Source: Escherichia phage vB_EcoM-UFV13. From it: 64,000 bases of DNA. Shown here piece after piece: positions 28,849 to 39,400 of this stretch. Each line of letters starts with the position of its first letter. Positions within the stretch are counted from its first letter, which is position 1. The notes under the pieces are model-generated. The model searched no databases. It had not been told where the DNA came from and worked only from the letters and a program-made list of their open reading frames with translations. Where the stretch lies: sequence record NC_031103.1; one strand, given 5' to 3'. Both the position numbers and the translations under genes were made by a program.

Positions 28849-29412
28849 TTACCATTCCAATGCTAGTTTTTTAAGTTGTTTCTGTTCTTTTACGTTCTTA
28901 GTCACTTCTTTCAAAAAATCATCCGTGACTAAACCTTTTAGTTCTTTTAATACTAAAGGTAGTTTTCCATTTTTAGTAAGAATTGATTTATAGTTAATTG
29001 CATCATTTGTATTAACTTGATACCGCTTAGCAAGTAACTTAATAATCAATACTTCGGTGGAATCTTCAACTAGTTTTGCCCATTTACCATATCTTTTACC
29101 ACGAGGAACTGCAGCCATCAGATAATTAAAATGGGCTTCATCGCTTAAACCTGATCCAATTAAATTCATAGCATATACAGCTGGCATGCACTCTGGAAAT
29201 TGTGATAATGCATTTTCAACCATAAATTTTGAATAATCTTTTTGAGCAATAGAGCATTTAGTTTTATTATTAATAGCTCCAATTATTTCAAAAAACTCAT
29301 TTTCAGCTTTTTCTTTAAAAGAATCAGCAGCGGATTGGACAGCTGTCCAATCTTTTGAATACCAAGCAACTTGATGCTCGTTTAATTGAATATCATCTTC
29401 AAATAAGCTCAT
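28849..29412 (-). CDS. 62: clamp loader small subunit gp62
   Basis: Internal ATG at 29412 gives 187 aa starting MSLFEDD; coupled to gp44 stop. Confidence 0.85.
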   Translation of the reverse strand: MSLFEDDIQLNEHQVAWYSKDWTAVQSAADSFKEKAENEFFEIIGAINNKTKCSIAQKDYSKFMVENALSQFPECMPAVYAMNLIGSGLSDEAHFNYLMAAVPRGKRYGKWAKLVEDSTEVLIIKLLAKRYQVNTNDAINYKSILTKNGKLPLVLKELKGLVTDDFLKEVTKNVKEQKQLKKLALEW

Positions 29413-29413
29413 A

Positions 29414-30373
29414 TCACTTCCACTGCATTTCACATGCTAACTGAATGAAAAGATAAGCTAAATGCAATTCAGTATTAGCTGCAATACCATGATACTGATT
29501 ATTTTCGCCGACAATTTCGTACATACGAATAATACTCTGTGGAGTTACACGTGAATAGATTTCTTCGGCAAGTTTACCCACGAACCACGAATAATCGGCT
29601 GCATATTTTGGTGCTAAAGCTCTGAGTTGTTTAACATCTTTATTTTTGAGAGACTCAAGAACATCATCAATAGCACCACGATCGTTAGTAACCAGTGATA
29701 AAATACCAGCATCCAAAACACCTTTAGATGAATAACTATCGAGCTCGCCAATAGTTTTACGAAAATCAGGAAAATTCTTTTTAACCAAAGCTGCTACAAC
29801 TTTCATATCAGCTATAGCAATTCCTTCATGCTTGCAGATTTCAGTCAATCGACGAATCATCTGCTTCATCATTTCAATTTTATCTTCATCGGTCGGTTGA
29901 CCGAACGTAATAACTCGACAGCGTGACTGAAGTGGTTTAATAATACCATCAATATTGTTAGCAGTAATAATAATACTACAGTTTGAACTATAAGCTTCCA
30001 TAAAGGAACGAAGATGTCGCTGAGATTCTGCTAATCCTGAGCGGTCAAATTCATCAATAACGATTACTTTTTGACGACCATCAAATGAAGCTGCACTTGC
30101 AAAATTAGTTAAAGGACCACGAACGAAATCAATTTTACAGTCTGATCCATTTACAAACATCATATCAGCATTTACATCATGACACAATGCTTTTGCTACA
30201 GTTGTTTTACCTGTTCCTGGAGAAGGAGAATGAAGAATAATATGTGGAATCTTACCTTTACTTGTAATAGATTTAAAGGTTTCTTTATCAAAGGCGGGAA
30301 GAATACATTCATCGATAGTAGATGGACGATATTTCTGTTCAAGAATGTGTTCTTTTTCATTTACGGTAATCAT
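29414..30373 (-). CDS. 44: clamp loader ATPase gp44 (AAA+)
   Basis: ATG at 30373 gives 319 aa MITVNEKEH...; Walker [11 protein letters not shown]. Confidence 0.9.
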
Positions 30374-30407
30374 AATTTCCTCATTCAAGTTTTAGTGTAA
30401 ATTATAA

Positions 30408-30421
30408 AGGGCCGAAGCCCT
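30408..30421 (-). terminator. CUUCGG-type RNA hairpin between 45 and 44
   Basis: agggc-cgaa-gccct. Confidence 0.55.
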
Positions 30422-30424
30422 CTA

Positions 30425-31111
30425 TTAAAAATCGTGGGTAGAATCAGCTTCAAGGGCTACTACATAATTCGCGTGTTCACCTTCAAATTTAGCAGCACCT
30501 TGTTTACCTTTTGCCCAGAGCAAAAGTTTATAATTTCCTGGTTGCATTTTCATATTTGCCATATTGATAATGAAATTAAATGTATTTTCACCATCATAAT
30601 CACCAAGAGTCAAAGAATATTTAACACGGGTCAGAGCAGAATCTTCTACTTTATTAAAACCGTTAATTACGATTTTACCTTCTTTTACCGTGATAGCAAT
30701 TGTATCAATCTGCAGACCACGAGATACACGCAACAGTTGTTGAAGGTCTTCAGCTTTAATTTCAGTAACAACAGATGCTACCGGGAATGGAATTGGTTTA
30801 TTAGGAGCAACTACTGTACTCGGATCGGCTGCTGGCCAAAAAATTGTTGAACGGGCATCAGCAATTTTAATATTTCCATCTTCTGACTGGGAAATTTCTG
30901 CATCATCATTAACTAGAGACAGAATACCAAGAAAACCGTTCAAATCGTAAATTGCTACATCAAAATCAATAGTGTCAGAAATATTTGCTTCCGCATAAGT
31001 TGTACCATTAACCGCACGAGTCATAATAAATTGACCGGATTTAAGCATAATACCGGAGTTAATAGTAGCGAAATTTTTAAGCAGAGCAGTAGTATCTTTA
31101 GACAGTTTCAT
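30425..31111 (-). CDS. 45: sliding clamp gp45
   Basis: 228 aa; near-identical to T4 gp45 as recalled. Confidence 0.95.
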   Translation of the reverse strand: MKLSKDTTALLKNFATINSGIMLKSGQFIMTRAVNGTTYAEANISDTIDFDVAIYDLNGFLGILSLVNDDAEISQSEDGNIKIADARSTIFWPAADPSTVVAPNKPIPFPVASVVTEIKAEDLQQLLRVSRGLQIDTIAITVKEGKIVINGFNKVEDSALTRVKYSLTLGDYDGENTFNFIINMANMKMQPGNYKLLLWAKGKQGAAKFEGEHANYVVALEADSTHDF

Positions 31112-31140
31112 GTAATTTCCTTCAATTCAAATGAGATTTA

Positions 31141-31166
31141 ATTTTATAACTAATTTAATAAAGCAA
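31141..31166 (-). promoter_or_regulatory. middle (MotA-box) promoter upstream of gene 45
   Basis: TTGCTTTA then 12 nt then TAAAAT. Confidence 0.5.
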
Positions 31167-31556
31167 TTAACGATTAAAATCAGCCGCAATTGTTTCCGCA
31201 ACAATTTGAGCAGCAACAATTAGACGTTCATCTGCATTACCACAATAATCATCTTCAAGGCGTTCACCACATGAAGTCATAATAAATTTAGCACCGGCGT
31301 TTAGGGATTCTGTAGTATGTTTGCGCATTAGTTCAATCCATTTATTACTTACTTCACGATCGATAGCTTCATAATACGCATGACGAGCAGGTGCAGATTT
31401 AATTTTGTTCTGAATAACTTCCATTGCGTTATCAGAAAGAGATAAAACCCATGCTCGACGAATTTTATTTTGGTTTTGTGGATTTGATTCAGAACGCACG
31501 TGTTTTGGCTGAATATCTTTTACGTCAACAGTATAATTCACAGTAATTTTAGTCAT
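31167..31556 (-). CDS. rpbA: RNA polymerase-binding protein RpbA
   Basis: 129 aa; size and position between 45 and 46 as in T4. Confidence 0.6.
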
Positions 31557-31565
31557 AATACACCT

Positions 31566-31754
31566 TTAGTCATAATAATCAGTAACAGTCCAAGCTTCAT
31601 TTCTATTGGACATTATTTTTGTATATTCTGCTTTAAATGCATTCCTAAGCATAGATTCAGTAACTATATGCTCTTCATTAGAAAAATTATTTCTCAGAAT
31701 ATATCGTTTTATTTCAGGAAAAGTTAATAAATGCTGTCCAGTTGAATATTCCAT
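31566..31754 (-). CDS. hypothetical small protein
   Basis: 62-aa ORF. Confidence 0.45.
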   Translation of the reverse strand: MEYSTGQHLLTFPEIKRYILRNNFSNEEHIVTESMLRNAFKAEYTKIMSNRNEAWTVTDYYD

Positions 31755-31809
31755 GTTTTTCCTCCATAGAGATTATACTCTAATAAATTAAAGCATAATC
31801 TCTTATAAA

Positions 31810-33492
31810 TTAAACCATTACAGTAAATCGACCAACTTTCTTCATTTGAAGGTGCTGACCATATGCTTGTGGGTCATGGTCTCTATGCGAAATAACAAAA
31901 ACATTAGTATTTTTTAAACTATCTAAAATAGTTGAAATAGCTTTTACACCTTCAACGTCGGTCGCTGAATCAAAAACTTCATCAAGAATTAGTGTGTTTA
32001 TTTTAACACCTGAAACTTTTTCAGCAATATCACGCCAAGTAAATAAAAGAGCAATATCAATTCGCGCTTTTTCACCTTGACTGAATGAAGCATAACTAAA
32101 ATCTTCACGACCACGGGATTTAATTGTCTCATTAAATTCTTCATCTAATGTAAACACATAATCCGCTTCCATTATTTTAAGATAATGGTTAATCTGCTTA
32201 TTAAATAATGGAATGTACTTTTTAATAATAGCACCTTTAATACCAGAATCTTTGAGCATATCAGTCAAAATTCCTCGGTGGTATTTTTCCATTACTAAAT
32301 TAGTTTTTGTCTTAACAATTTTATCAAGTTCTTCTTGAAGCAGTGCTATTTCATCAGCATGGTCAATAAACTCAGAAGATGCTTTTTCTATAGCTGCTTT
32401 AACTTTTTTAGCTTTATCTACCGTCGTGATTAGAGATTGCTTTTTATTGCGAATATCATTTGCCAACGACTGCTGGGTTTTAATATTATCTCGGTATTCA
32501 TCAACAAGAACTTTTAAATTATCACGATGTGTTGAAAGCTGGTCAAACGAATGCGTACATTCAGAAACTTTATCTTTAATTTTAGAAACAACTTTATCAC
32601 CAGAACTTAATTGTGACAAACAGGTTGGACATAATCCACCTTCGTGATACATATTAATGACTTTATTATACGAGTCAATTTTTGATTTAATTAAAACTGC
32701 TTCTTGACCGATTTTATTAAATGCATCAGTCGGGTCTTCATCCAAAACAATATTAACTAATCTTTCATTAGCTTCTTCTATTTCCGATTTTAGCGTTCTA
32801 GCTTCTTTTGCCAAATCATCATACATATTTTGTAGACGAGTAAGGTTGTCACCCGTTAATTTTTTCTGGCGTTCAACGTTATCATTATATATTTTAATTT
32901 GTTGGATAATACTATCTTTTTTAACATCAAGCACTTGGTTCTGCGAATTTAATTCACGTATTAGTGCTTTATTAAGCTTATCCATTTCAGCTAATGTTCC
33001 TACCTCAAGCAGGTCTTCCACAAGCTTTCTTCGCGCAGGGGTCGACAAACCCATGAAAGGGGTATACCCTGCTGTACCAAGGACAACAATCTGCTTGAAA
33101 CTGGCATATGACATTCCGATAAGCTGTTCAAATTCTGCTTGGAAATCTTTACTGCTGGCAGATTCATTAAGACGTGTACCGTTAACGGTGATTTCGAAAA
33201 CGTTTGGTTTTTGTCCTCTTTTGATATAGTACTTTTTCTCATCATATTCCATCCACAGTTCAACTAAAAGTTCTTTCTTATTTGTGCTGTTTATTAATTG
33301 ACCTTTCTTTACATCACGGAATGGCTTGCCAAAAAGCCCAAATGTGATGGCTTCTAACATAGTAGACTTACCACCGCCATTTCGTCCAGTAATAAGAGTT
33401 TTTTGAACCTTATCTAATTGAATGTCAATAGGATTTCCACCCACTGACATTATATTTTGATACCTAACTCGGTTTAGTTTAAAATTCTTCAC
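31810..33492 (-). CDS. 46: recombination nuclease subunit gp46 (Rad50/SbcC-like ATPase)
   Basis: 560 aa; Walker A GRNGGGKST; coiled-coil middle; C-terminal signature. Confidence 0.9.
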   Translation of the reverse strand: MKNFKLNRVRYQNIMSVGGNPIDIQLDKVQKTLITGRNGGGKSTMLEAITFGLFGKPFRDVKKGQLINSTNKKELLVELWMEYDEKKYYIKRGQKPNVFEITVNGTRLNESASSKDFQAEFEQLIGMSYASFKQIVVLGTAGYTPFMGLSTPARRKLVEDLLEVGTLAEMDKLNKALIRELNSQNQVLDVKKDSIIQQIKIYNDNVERQKKLTGDNLTRLQNMYDDLAKEARTLKSEIEEANERLVNIVLDEDPTDAFNKIGQEAVLIKSKIDSYNKVINMYHEGGLCPTCLSQLSSGDKVVSKIKDKVSECTHSFDQLSTHRDNLKVLVDEYRDNIKTQQSLANDIRNKKQSLITTVDKAKKVKAAIEKASSEFIDHADEIALLQEELDKIVKTKTNLVMEKYHRGILTDMLKDSGIKGAIIKKYIPLFNKQINHYLKIMEADYVFTLDEEFNETIKSRGREDFSYASFSQGEKARIDIALLFTWRDIAEKVSGVKINTLILDEVFDSATDVEGVKAISTILDSLKNTNVFVISHRDHDPQAYGQHLQMKKVGRFTVMV

Positions 33493-33752
33493 AAAAGATT
33501 CCTTTTAATGTATCTTTTAGACCATTCTATCATATCATCATAATCTAAAAAGTATTCATCAAATTCAGCCATGCAAACAACACCTTGTGCTGCTTTTGAT
33601 GTGATATAAATTATTCCAACATATCTAGAATCTTCTTCGGTGTAATCAATATTTGCTATGAATTCATCATTAATGTCAAATGTCGAAAACTTCACAGTAT
33701 GCATCCTTAATACAAGATACAGCCATATCTTGTAATGATTTAGGTGTGTCAT
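33489..33752 (-). CDS. hypothetical small protein
   Basis: Track ORF; true start may be internal (MHTVKF, about 33704). Confidence 0.4.
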   Translation of the reverse strand: MTHLNHYKIWLYLVLRMHTVKFSTFDINDEFIANIDYTEEDSRYVGIIYITSKAAQGVVCMAEFDEYFLDYDDMIEWSKRYIKRNLL

Positions 33753-33939
33753 TATCTAAAATGTTGAAGTTAAAAGATACAGCCCAGTCAGTGCAGACTG
33801 TAACCTTTTTAATACAATTATCTTCAACCTCTAACGGTTCAAACCAATATTCAATAATTTCTTTATGACCAATATCATCTTTTACTTCGCATTCAAAATG
33901 CTGACTCATCATAACATTTTTAAATTCATCAAAAGTCAT
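33676..33939 (-). CDS. hypothetical small protein
   Basis: 87-aa ORF. Confidence 0.45.
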   Translation of the reverse strand: MTFDEFKNVMMSQHFECEVKDDIGHKEIIEYWFEPLEVEDNCIKKVTVCTDWAVSFNFNILDNDTPKSLQDMAVSCIKDAYCEVFDI

Positions 33940-34955
33940 TGTGTTGCCTCTACATATAACTGATTTGAATATTGAATAAGTGCTTCACGGTCAGAATCAG
34001 TGATGTCTGGAATTGCATTAATGTATTCTTCCATCAATGTCTGAAGCGATTGAACTTCAACTTCTTCACTGTCATCTGACTCGACAGAGTTATCAATTTT
34101 TGACACAACTCGTAATGAATGCACAACTTTTTCTAGTTCAGATTCGAACTTCGTCAGATTTTTGTCTACTTCAGTTACTATAACACGTACTGATAGATTT
34201 GTAAAATCTTTATAGTCAATTTTTCCTTTAAATGGATAATGAATTCTACGATGCCAGGTAGTATTGTTTGGAATAAATTCCATTCGTTCTGTTTCTGTAT
34301 CAAACATCCAGAACCCACGAGGGTCATTCTCGTCACCTGCAGTTAGTGTCCATGGTGTCCCAATATATCTGACGTTAGCAGCCTCAGAGATAGTATGGAA
34401 GTGACCAGACCACACCTCTTTATAAGTCTTAAGGAAATCAGGTTCAAGACCATGAGATTTCATTCCTTTATAAAAATAAAATCCATTCAGTTCCCAGTGA
34501 CCAACACAAAAAGAAGCAGATGAAGTTTTGATGTGTTCAAGAATTTCACCAGTATTTTCTTCACACATCCAAGGAATTAAATCAATCAAACATCCGTCAA
34601 AATCTACTGTAGTAGGCTTATCATATACTTTAACATTGGGATATTTAGCCAAAAGCTCAGTAGAGGCATTTGGAGTTAAAGTATTTTTAAAGTGCATATC
34701 ATGGTTTCCTACAACAGTATGTAGGGTAATACCAGCATCATCAAGCATTTGAACTATTTCACGAGCAAACTCCATAGTTTTATGCGTGATTGCTTTTCGC
34801 ACATCAAAAATATCGCCGTATTGAATCCAGGTAGTAATTCCATTTTTCTTAGAATATTCTATTGCTTGTTTAATTCCATCCAACTGAATGGATTGAACCC
34901 ACTCATCATCGGCTTTAACGCCTAAATGCCAATCACCTAAATTTAAAATTTTCAT
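33936..34955 (-). CDS. 47: recombination nuclease subunit gp47 (Mre11/SbcD-like)
   Basis: 339 aa; phosphoesterase motifs GDWH, GNHD. Confidence 0.9.
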   Translation of the reverse strand: MKILNLGDWHLGVKADDEWVQSIQLDGIKQAIEYSKKNGITTWIQYGDIFDVRKAITHKTMEFAREIVQMLDDAGITLHTVVGNHDMHFKNTLTPNASTELLAKYPNVKVYDKPTTVDFDGCLIDLIPWMCEENTGEILEHIKTSSASFCVGHWELNGFYFYKGMKSHGLEPDFLKTYKEVWSGHFHTISEAANVRYIGTPWTLTAGDENDPRGFWMFDTETERMEFIPNNTTWHRRIHYPFKGKIDYKDFTNLSVRVIVTEVDKNLTKFESELEKVVHSLRVVSKIDNSVESDDSEEVEVQSLQTLMEEYINAIPDITDSDREALIQYSNQLYVEATQ

Positions 34956-35092
34956 ATATCAAGAACCGTCATTGAAATGCAAAATAAAATTATTGAAATA
35001 AATCCATCTGGAGTGCTAAAGAACCCAATCCAACATGCTCTAGTGAATAGATAAAATGCAAGAAAAAGTATCACATATCCAAGAAATATCAT
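34952..35092 (-). CDS. small hydrophobic peptide
   Basis: 46 aa hand-translated; ATGA overlap with gene 47 start. Confidence 0.35.
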   Translation of the reverse strand: MIFLGYVILFLAFYLFTRACWIGFFSTPDGFISIILFCISMTVLDI

Positions 35093-35115
35093 TATATCAA
35101 ACTCCGTATAAAGCT

Positions 35116-35133
35116 AAAGGGCCGAAGCCCTTT
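35116..35133 (-). terminator. CUUCGG-type RNA hairpin at alpha-gt 3' end
   Basis: aaagggc-cgaa-gcccttt overlapping stop codon. Confidence 0.55.
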
Positions 35134-36334
35134 ATTTTGTAATAATGTCAAACTGTTCTTTAAAGCAGAAGCTTGAATCTTGGTGCTGATACAAAAATTC
35201 ATATGCTTTTTCTCGCTCACGGTCATAAAGAGCTCGGTCAGATGACAGTTCTTTAATACGTTCAAATGTTGATTCCATGTCATTTTCATCAAACCAAATG
35301 ATACCGCTATCATGCGAGGTCAAAGGAGTATTATCAACACGGAATTTTAAATTTTCGCCAGTAGATTTCCAAAATACCGGAATTGTTCCACATGCACCAA
35401 GCTCGAGATGAGTATATTCTAAAGAACGTTGTAGATATTTTTTGTCCAACTTACTCAGCTGATAACCAAATCCGGATTTACTCATACGTTCAAGCATTTC
35501 GCTATTTACATAACGGTCAAGAATTTGCGTTGGCAAATTAGGAGCAATTTTAATTTGGTCTACTTGATGAAGACGATAATACTCGTATGGAATTCCTTTT
35601 TCTTTAATGGGAATGAACGCTGGAGAACGTTCCAGACCTTCCATAATAGTACTTAGTCCTGCAGGTTTAAGATGTTTTTCATGAAAATCAAACATCTGAT
35701 AAAAACCTTTCCATGTAGTCGTACGACCAATCCAACGGTTGATATTCATGTTAATTTCAGAAACATCTTTCCAGTATGTTGACCGAACCTTCGCAATATC
35801 CATAGGAGGCTGAAAGTTATATACTGTCGGTGCTTCTTCAATATCATCAAACAGAGAAACAGTTTCTGGATACCATTCTTTCATCAGAACTTTATTAAAA
35901 TCACCATTATCAGAATGGCTAAAAATAACATCAGCTCGACGAACAGTTTCTTCTAATCCCAAATTTCGACGCAAAGAAAGAGAAGAATGGTCATGTTGAT
36001 AAACTACAACACGAACAGAAGGTTTAATGTTATCAATAATTTTTTTATAGTTATTAATAGTGTCTTCTTCAACCGAAGTAGCAGGAACTGAATTGATAAT
36101 TAGAATATCACAATCATTTACCAGCTTAAGTGTTTTATCGTATTCTTTTGCCAATAAAACCGGAATTGAAAATGATTTATAATCATGCGCACAATTACGA
36201 GTAAATGATTTATCTTTAGCATAAACCAAAGTTACTTCATGACCATTTTTAATAAACCAATCACGTTGCTCAAGAGAAAATTTAGTTACACCACAACCTT
36301 CAAGACCTCGAGCCATAAAAATACATACTTTCAT
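35132..36334 (-). CDS. agt: DNA alpha-glucosyltransferase
   Basis: 400 aa; near-identical to T4 alpha-gt as recalled. Confidence 0.9.
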   Translation of the reverse strand: MKVCIFMARGLEGCGVTKFSLEQRDWFIKNGHEVTLVYAKDKSFTRNCAHDYKSFSIPVLLAKEYDKTLKLVNDCDILIINSVPATSVEEDTINNYKKIIDNIKPSVRVVVYQHDHSSLSLRRNLGLEETVRRADVIFSHSDNGDFNKVLMKEWYPETVSLFDDIEEAPTVYNFQPPMDIAKVRSTYWKDVSEINMNINRWIGRTTTWKGFYQMFDFHEKHLKPAGLSTIMEGLERSPAFIPIKEKGIPYEYYRLHQVDQIKIAPNLPTQILDRYVNSEMLERMSKSGFGYQLSKLDKKYLQRSLEYTHLELGACGTIPVFWKSTGENLKFRVDNTPLTSHDSGIIWFDENDMESTFERIKELSSDRALYDREREKAYEFLYQHQDSSFCFKEQFDIITK

Positions 36335-36358
36335 TTAATATCCTCTTTGTTTTGGTTT

Positions 36359-36383
36359 ATTTTACCAAAAATTTATAAAGCAA
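36359..36383 (-). promoter_or_regulatory. middle (MotA-box) promoter upstream of alpha-gt
   Basis: TTGCTTTA then 11 nt then TAAAAT. Confidence 0.5.
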
Positions 36384-36386
36384 TAT

Positions 36387-36402
36387 AGGAGCCGAAGCTC
36401 CT
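36387..36402 (-). terminator. CUUCGG-type RNA hairpin
   Basis: aggagc-cgaa-gctcct. Confidence 0.5.
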
Positions 36403-36571
36403 ATCCGCATAATACGCCATACAGAGGCTCGTTAGAACTTTTAAATTTTATGCGCTTATATGTTATAGTTCCTTCTGCTTTAGCTTTATCATGAGACTCT
36501 TTAAAGAGTCTCATCATTTCTACTTTAGAGGAACGAATTTTATTATCTATTTCACAAGTCTGGGCGTTCAT
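36401..36571 (-). CDS. small protein containing a 24-bp perfect palindrome
   Basis: 56 aa hand-translated; stop overlaps CUUCGG hairpin. Confidence 0.35.
   Translation of the reverse strand: MNAQTCEIDNKIRSSKVEMMRLFKESHDKAKAEGTITYKRIKFKSSNEPLYGVLCG
36491..36514. repeat. 24-bp perfect palindrome ATGAGACTCTTTAAAGAGTCTCAT
   Basis: 12+12 perfect inverted repeat, no spacer. Confidence 0.7.
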
Positions 36572-36574
36572 CTT

Positions 36575-36781
36575 TCACAGTTGCCACCATTTTTTGACTT
36601 GATAGGAATCAACCCACACTTTCATATTAGGGTCTGCTCTTACAATAGGAGGATTAACTTCTTTAATTGAACTATCATGGTATTCTTTTTCAGAAATTTT
36701 CACACAAAGATGACCATTCAAAGATTCAGTAAATCCTGCATTAATTTTAAGACGCTTGAATTTTACGTGTGTAAGCATCAA
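36575..36781 (-). CDS. hypothetical small protein
   Basis: 68-aa ORF. Confidence 0.45.
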   Translation of the reverse strand: MMLTHVKFKRLKINAGFTESLNGHLCVKISEKEYHDSSIKEVNPPIVRADPNMKVWVDSYQVKKWWQL

Positions 36782-37064
36782 TCATATCCTCAATCTGCGA
36801 TCTAGTAGTCTTCCAAAGAATACTGATGAGTTCATCGTTATATGGCTGTTTTAGAATATCCCGACTTTTCTTGATAGCATATTCGTATTGAGCAAAATTA
36901 TTATTTTCAGCTGCAATCTGAGCGTGCTTATAAAGACGATTCAGTTCGCGTTTGTTTTTAGACAATAACTTATTTGCTTTTCTTTCTGCTTCAAGACGGT
37001 TCTTTTCTTCAATAGAAGAAATAAGCTTTTCCACTTCATCATTAATTTCGGGTTTATCAGTCAT
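36747..37064 (-). CDS. hypothetical protein
   Basis: 105-aa ORF. Confidence 0.5.
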   Translation of the reverse strand: MTDKPEINDEVEKLISSIEEKNRLEAERKANKLLSKNKRELNRLYKHAQIAAENNNFAQYEYAIKKSRDILKQPYNDELISILWKTTRSQIEDMIDAYTRKIQAS

Positions 37065-37065
37065 A

Positions 37066-37284
37066 TTATTTCTCTAATATAAAATAAAAATCATCATCTG
37101 TTAAATGATACCGATAGTTTAATTCTACACCATTAGATTTAAAAGCGGTATCATACGGATTTTCTGGATCAATATCAATGTCAAGAGCTAAAACTTCCCT
37201 GAGATACATTTTAAGTAAATAGGGAATAGCTTCAACTTCAGGTATTTCTTCCAAGAATCCGGAGAGGTTAATCGTTAGCCTCAT
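37066..37284 (-). CDS. hypothetical small protein
   Basis: 72-aa ORF. Confidence 0.45.
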
Positions 37285-37831
37285 ATAAAAAATCCAAACT
37301 AGGAGAATCGTCTACAACACTTTTCTTTTCAGCCCCCGGTGTTCTATAGGTTGATTCTTCGTAATGCGTCATTTTATCGTAGATGTCTTGAATAAAAGTT
37401 TCATCTACTAACGCAACCATATCGTCGTCACGACTGTCATAGACATTGTGAACGAAGTAACTATATTTCTTTGCAACTTCCTTACGTTCTTTTTTAATAC
37501 GCTGGACGAATGCATTAAAACAAGCTTGAGTTATATATGCATGTGGGTTTTTATATTTCGTTTCATCAAAATTGTGAAGCCCCTTAATAGAAGCTTCTAT
37601 ACCATCTGCAATCATTTCTTGTTTCCAAGACTGGGTGTATCCTGAAAAGTTGAAACGTTTAGATAAGCCTTCTGCAATAAGCATAATGGCTAATCCGATA
37701 GTATCATTCTGACGAACTACTTTATTTGGGTCTTTATTATTTGCTAATTCTGTTTTCCAATCAATAATAGCTTGTAAAAGCTCTTTATTGTTTACGTAAT
37801 TATATTTAGGCTTAGTTTCTGACATTTTCAC
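37268..37831 (-). CDS. 55: late sigma factor gp55
   Basis: Track start is GTG at 37831; ATG at 37825 gives 185 aa MSETKPKY... as T4 gp55. Confidence 0.85.
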
Positions 37832-37903
37832 CTCTTAGCTCAATTCATAGATCTATTATATCATAATATTTGAAGATCTATCTTAAAGCATAGAGGATAT
37901 CAG

Positions 37904-38173
37904 TTATCTAAGTAAACAGTATGCTTGGAACACTTTTTCCATCATCTTTTTAAATTCATGAATATCTATGTAATGACTAGTTAAATCAGCATGATATAAA
38001 AAGTCTAAAAACTTTTCATGTGTACTAACATATTCACTTTCATTTAATTCAGAAACATGGCTTTCCCAATATCCAACACCAGTCTTATTTGGGAAAAATG
38101 AAATTTTCATGTATTGGTCAACATAGAAAATACCATAATTTTCAATAGTAATAGAAATATTAATAAATTTCAT
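37904..38173 (-). CDS. hypothetical protein
   Basis: 89-aa ORF. Confidence 0.45.
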   Translation of the reverse strand: MKFINISITIENYGIFYVDQYMKISFFPNKTGVGYWESHVSELNESEYVSTHEKFLDFLYHADLTSHYIDIHEFKKMMEKVFQAYCLLR

Positions 38174-38385
38174 ACATTCATCAACTTAGCCGCTTCAAGA
38201 GCTGCATCTAGTGAATCAAATTGATCAACATATTCAATCAATTCGCCGTAATTAGCGTATAACCACCATTGGCTAAATTCATACTCAAGGATGAATCCGT
38301 TTCCTTCAATTTGAGTTAAACCAATGCCATTTGTATTTACTTCATACCCAGCAAGACGTAAATCGTTAATAAGAGCTTCGTTCAT
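38170..38385 (-). CDS. hypothetical small protein
   Basis: 71-aa ORF. Confidence 0.45.
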   Translation of the reverse strand: MNEALINDLRLAGYEVNTNGIGLTQIEGNGFILEYEFSQWWLYANYGELIEYVDQFDSLDAALEAAKLMNV

Positions 38386-38387
38386 AA

Positions 38388-38714
38388 TTATACCTTAGTA
38401 ATTTTCAGGTCTGCAAATTTTTTCTTGCGTTGATTTTTCATGCGACGAATAGTCTTATCGGAAATTTCATGCTTTTGATAAGCTTTAGATTCTACACCAA
38501 AAGCTTTAACATCAAATTCTGACAAGATATATTGAACTAACAATTCACGGACAGTATTGCGTCCAATCTTCTGATCATTCTGTTTCATCGTCTGATGAAG
38601 CTCTTTTTCCCATTTATCCAAACTTTGAGGAGTTACAATATCGCCTTTTTCTAGCAAAGAAACTACTTTATCATATGCATAAGAATTGATGGCGTTTTTA
38701 ATTTGAATAGTCAT
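38388..38714 (-). CDS. hypothetical protein
   Basis: 108-aa ORF. Confidence 0.5.
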   Translation of the reverse strand: MTIQIKNAINSYAYDKVVSLLEKGDIVTPQSLDKWEKELHQTMKQNDQKIGRNTVRELLVQYILSEFDVKAFGVESKAYQKHEISDKTIRRMKNQRKKKFADLKITKV

Positions 38715-38752
38715 ACATTATCCTCAATTGCGTTAAAATTTTATTATCCAAA

Positions 38753-38768
38753 AAGGGCCGAAGCCCTT
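38753..38768 (-). terminator. CUUCGG-type RNA hairpin
   Basis: agggc-cgaa-gccct. Confidence 0.55.
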
Positions 38769-38967
38769 AGCTAAACTGTTTGGCACCCTTCCAGCCTTCG
38801 TACATCATTGCGGCTGATATTAATATTGCTCCTGAGCATTTTGAATATTTGTGATTCCAAAACCAGTTTAGAAAAACTTCGTCATCAATACCTTGGGCTA
38901 TCATATTTTCAAAGAACTGACGACGAGCTTCAGCAATTCGTTGCGATAATTTAGATTCAGGATTCAT
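38767..38967 (-). CDS. hypothetical small protein
   Basis: 66-aa ORF; preceded by CUUCGG hairpin. Confidence 0.45.
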   Translation of the reverse strand: MNPESKLSQRIAEARRQFFENMIAQGIDDEVFLNWFWNHKYSKCSGAILISAAMMYEGWKGAKQFS

Positions 38968-39099
38968 TTAAATTTTCCAGTTACCATTTTCATCAATAAA
39001 TTTAATCCAGTCATTTACTGACCACTTAGTTGTATCGCCTTTTGGAGTAACATTTAAAGTGTATAACCCCTGCTTAAAAAGCATTCGTTTGATATTCAT
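38968..39099 (-). CDS. hypothetical small protein
   Basis: Internal ATG of track ORF 38968..39183; 43 aa. Confidence 0.3.
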   Translation of the reverse strand: MNIKRMLFKQGLYTLNVTPKGDTTKWSVNDWIKFIDENGNWKI

Positions 39100-39106
39100 A
39101 TTTTCC

Positions 39107-39400
39107 TCAGCTGTAACGATAACACTCGTTTGATTTGCGCTTAGCAACTCGTTGAGATGTATTGTAATCAAAATCATCGTCAATGTAAACTGATTTTTTC
39201 AACTTTCTTACTTCACCACGTAATTGACGATTTAGCTCATCTTTAACTTCTGAATCAATGCCTTTCATTCTACGCCATTTATCAGAGCGAAAAATGTTTT
39301 CAACCATATCTTTATGACTTACACCATCAGGAGCTTTACGCTTTCCGAAATAGTCATAATCACGAACTTTTAAGTCTTTACGACGATACGTTTTACCCAT
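39107..39400 (-). CDS. hypothetical basic protein
   Basis: Internal ATG at 39400 (MGKTYRRK...). Confidence 0.45.
   Translation of the reverse strand: MGKTYRRKDLKVRDYDYFGKRKAPDGVSHKDMVENIFRSDKWRRMKGIDSEVKDELNRQLRGEVRKLKKSVYIDDDFDYNTSQRVAKRKSNECYRYS

Noticed and set aside
35092-35313. Minus-strand track ORF overlapping the 3' end of alpha-gt
   Set aside because: It overlaps a confidently identified gene in another frame; only the short hydrophobic ORF at 34952..35092 is kept, at low confidence.
37884-37918. Possible promoter for gene 55
   Set aside because: A GTTTAC and a MotA-box-like sequence are present but neither has a -10 element at the right spacing.
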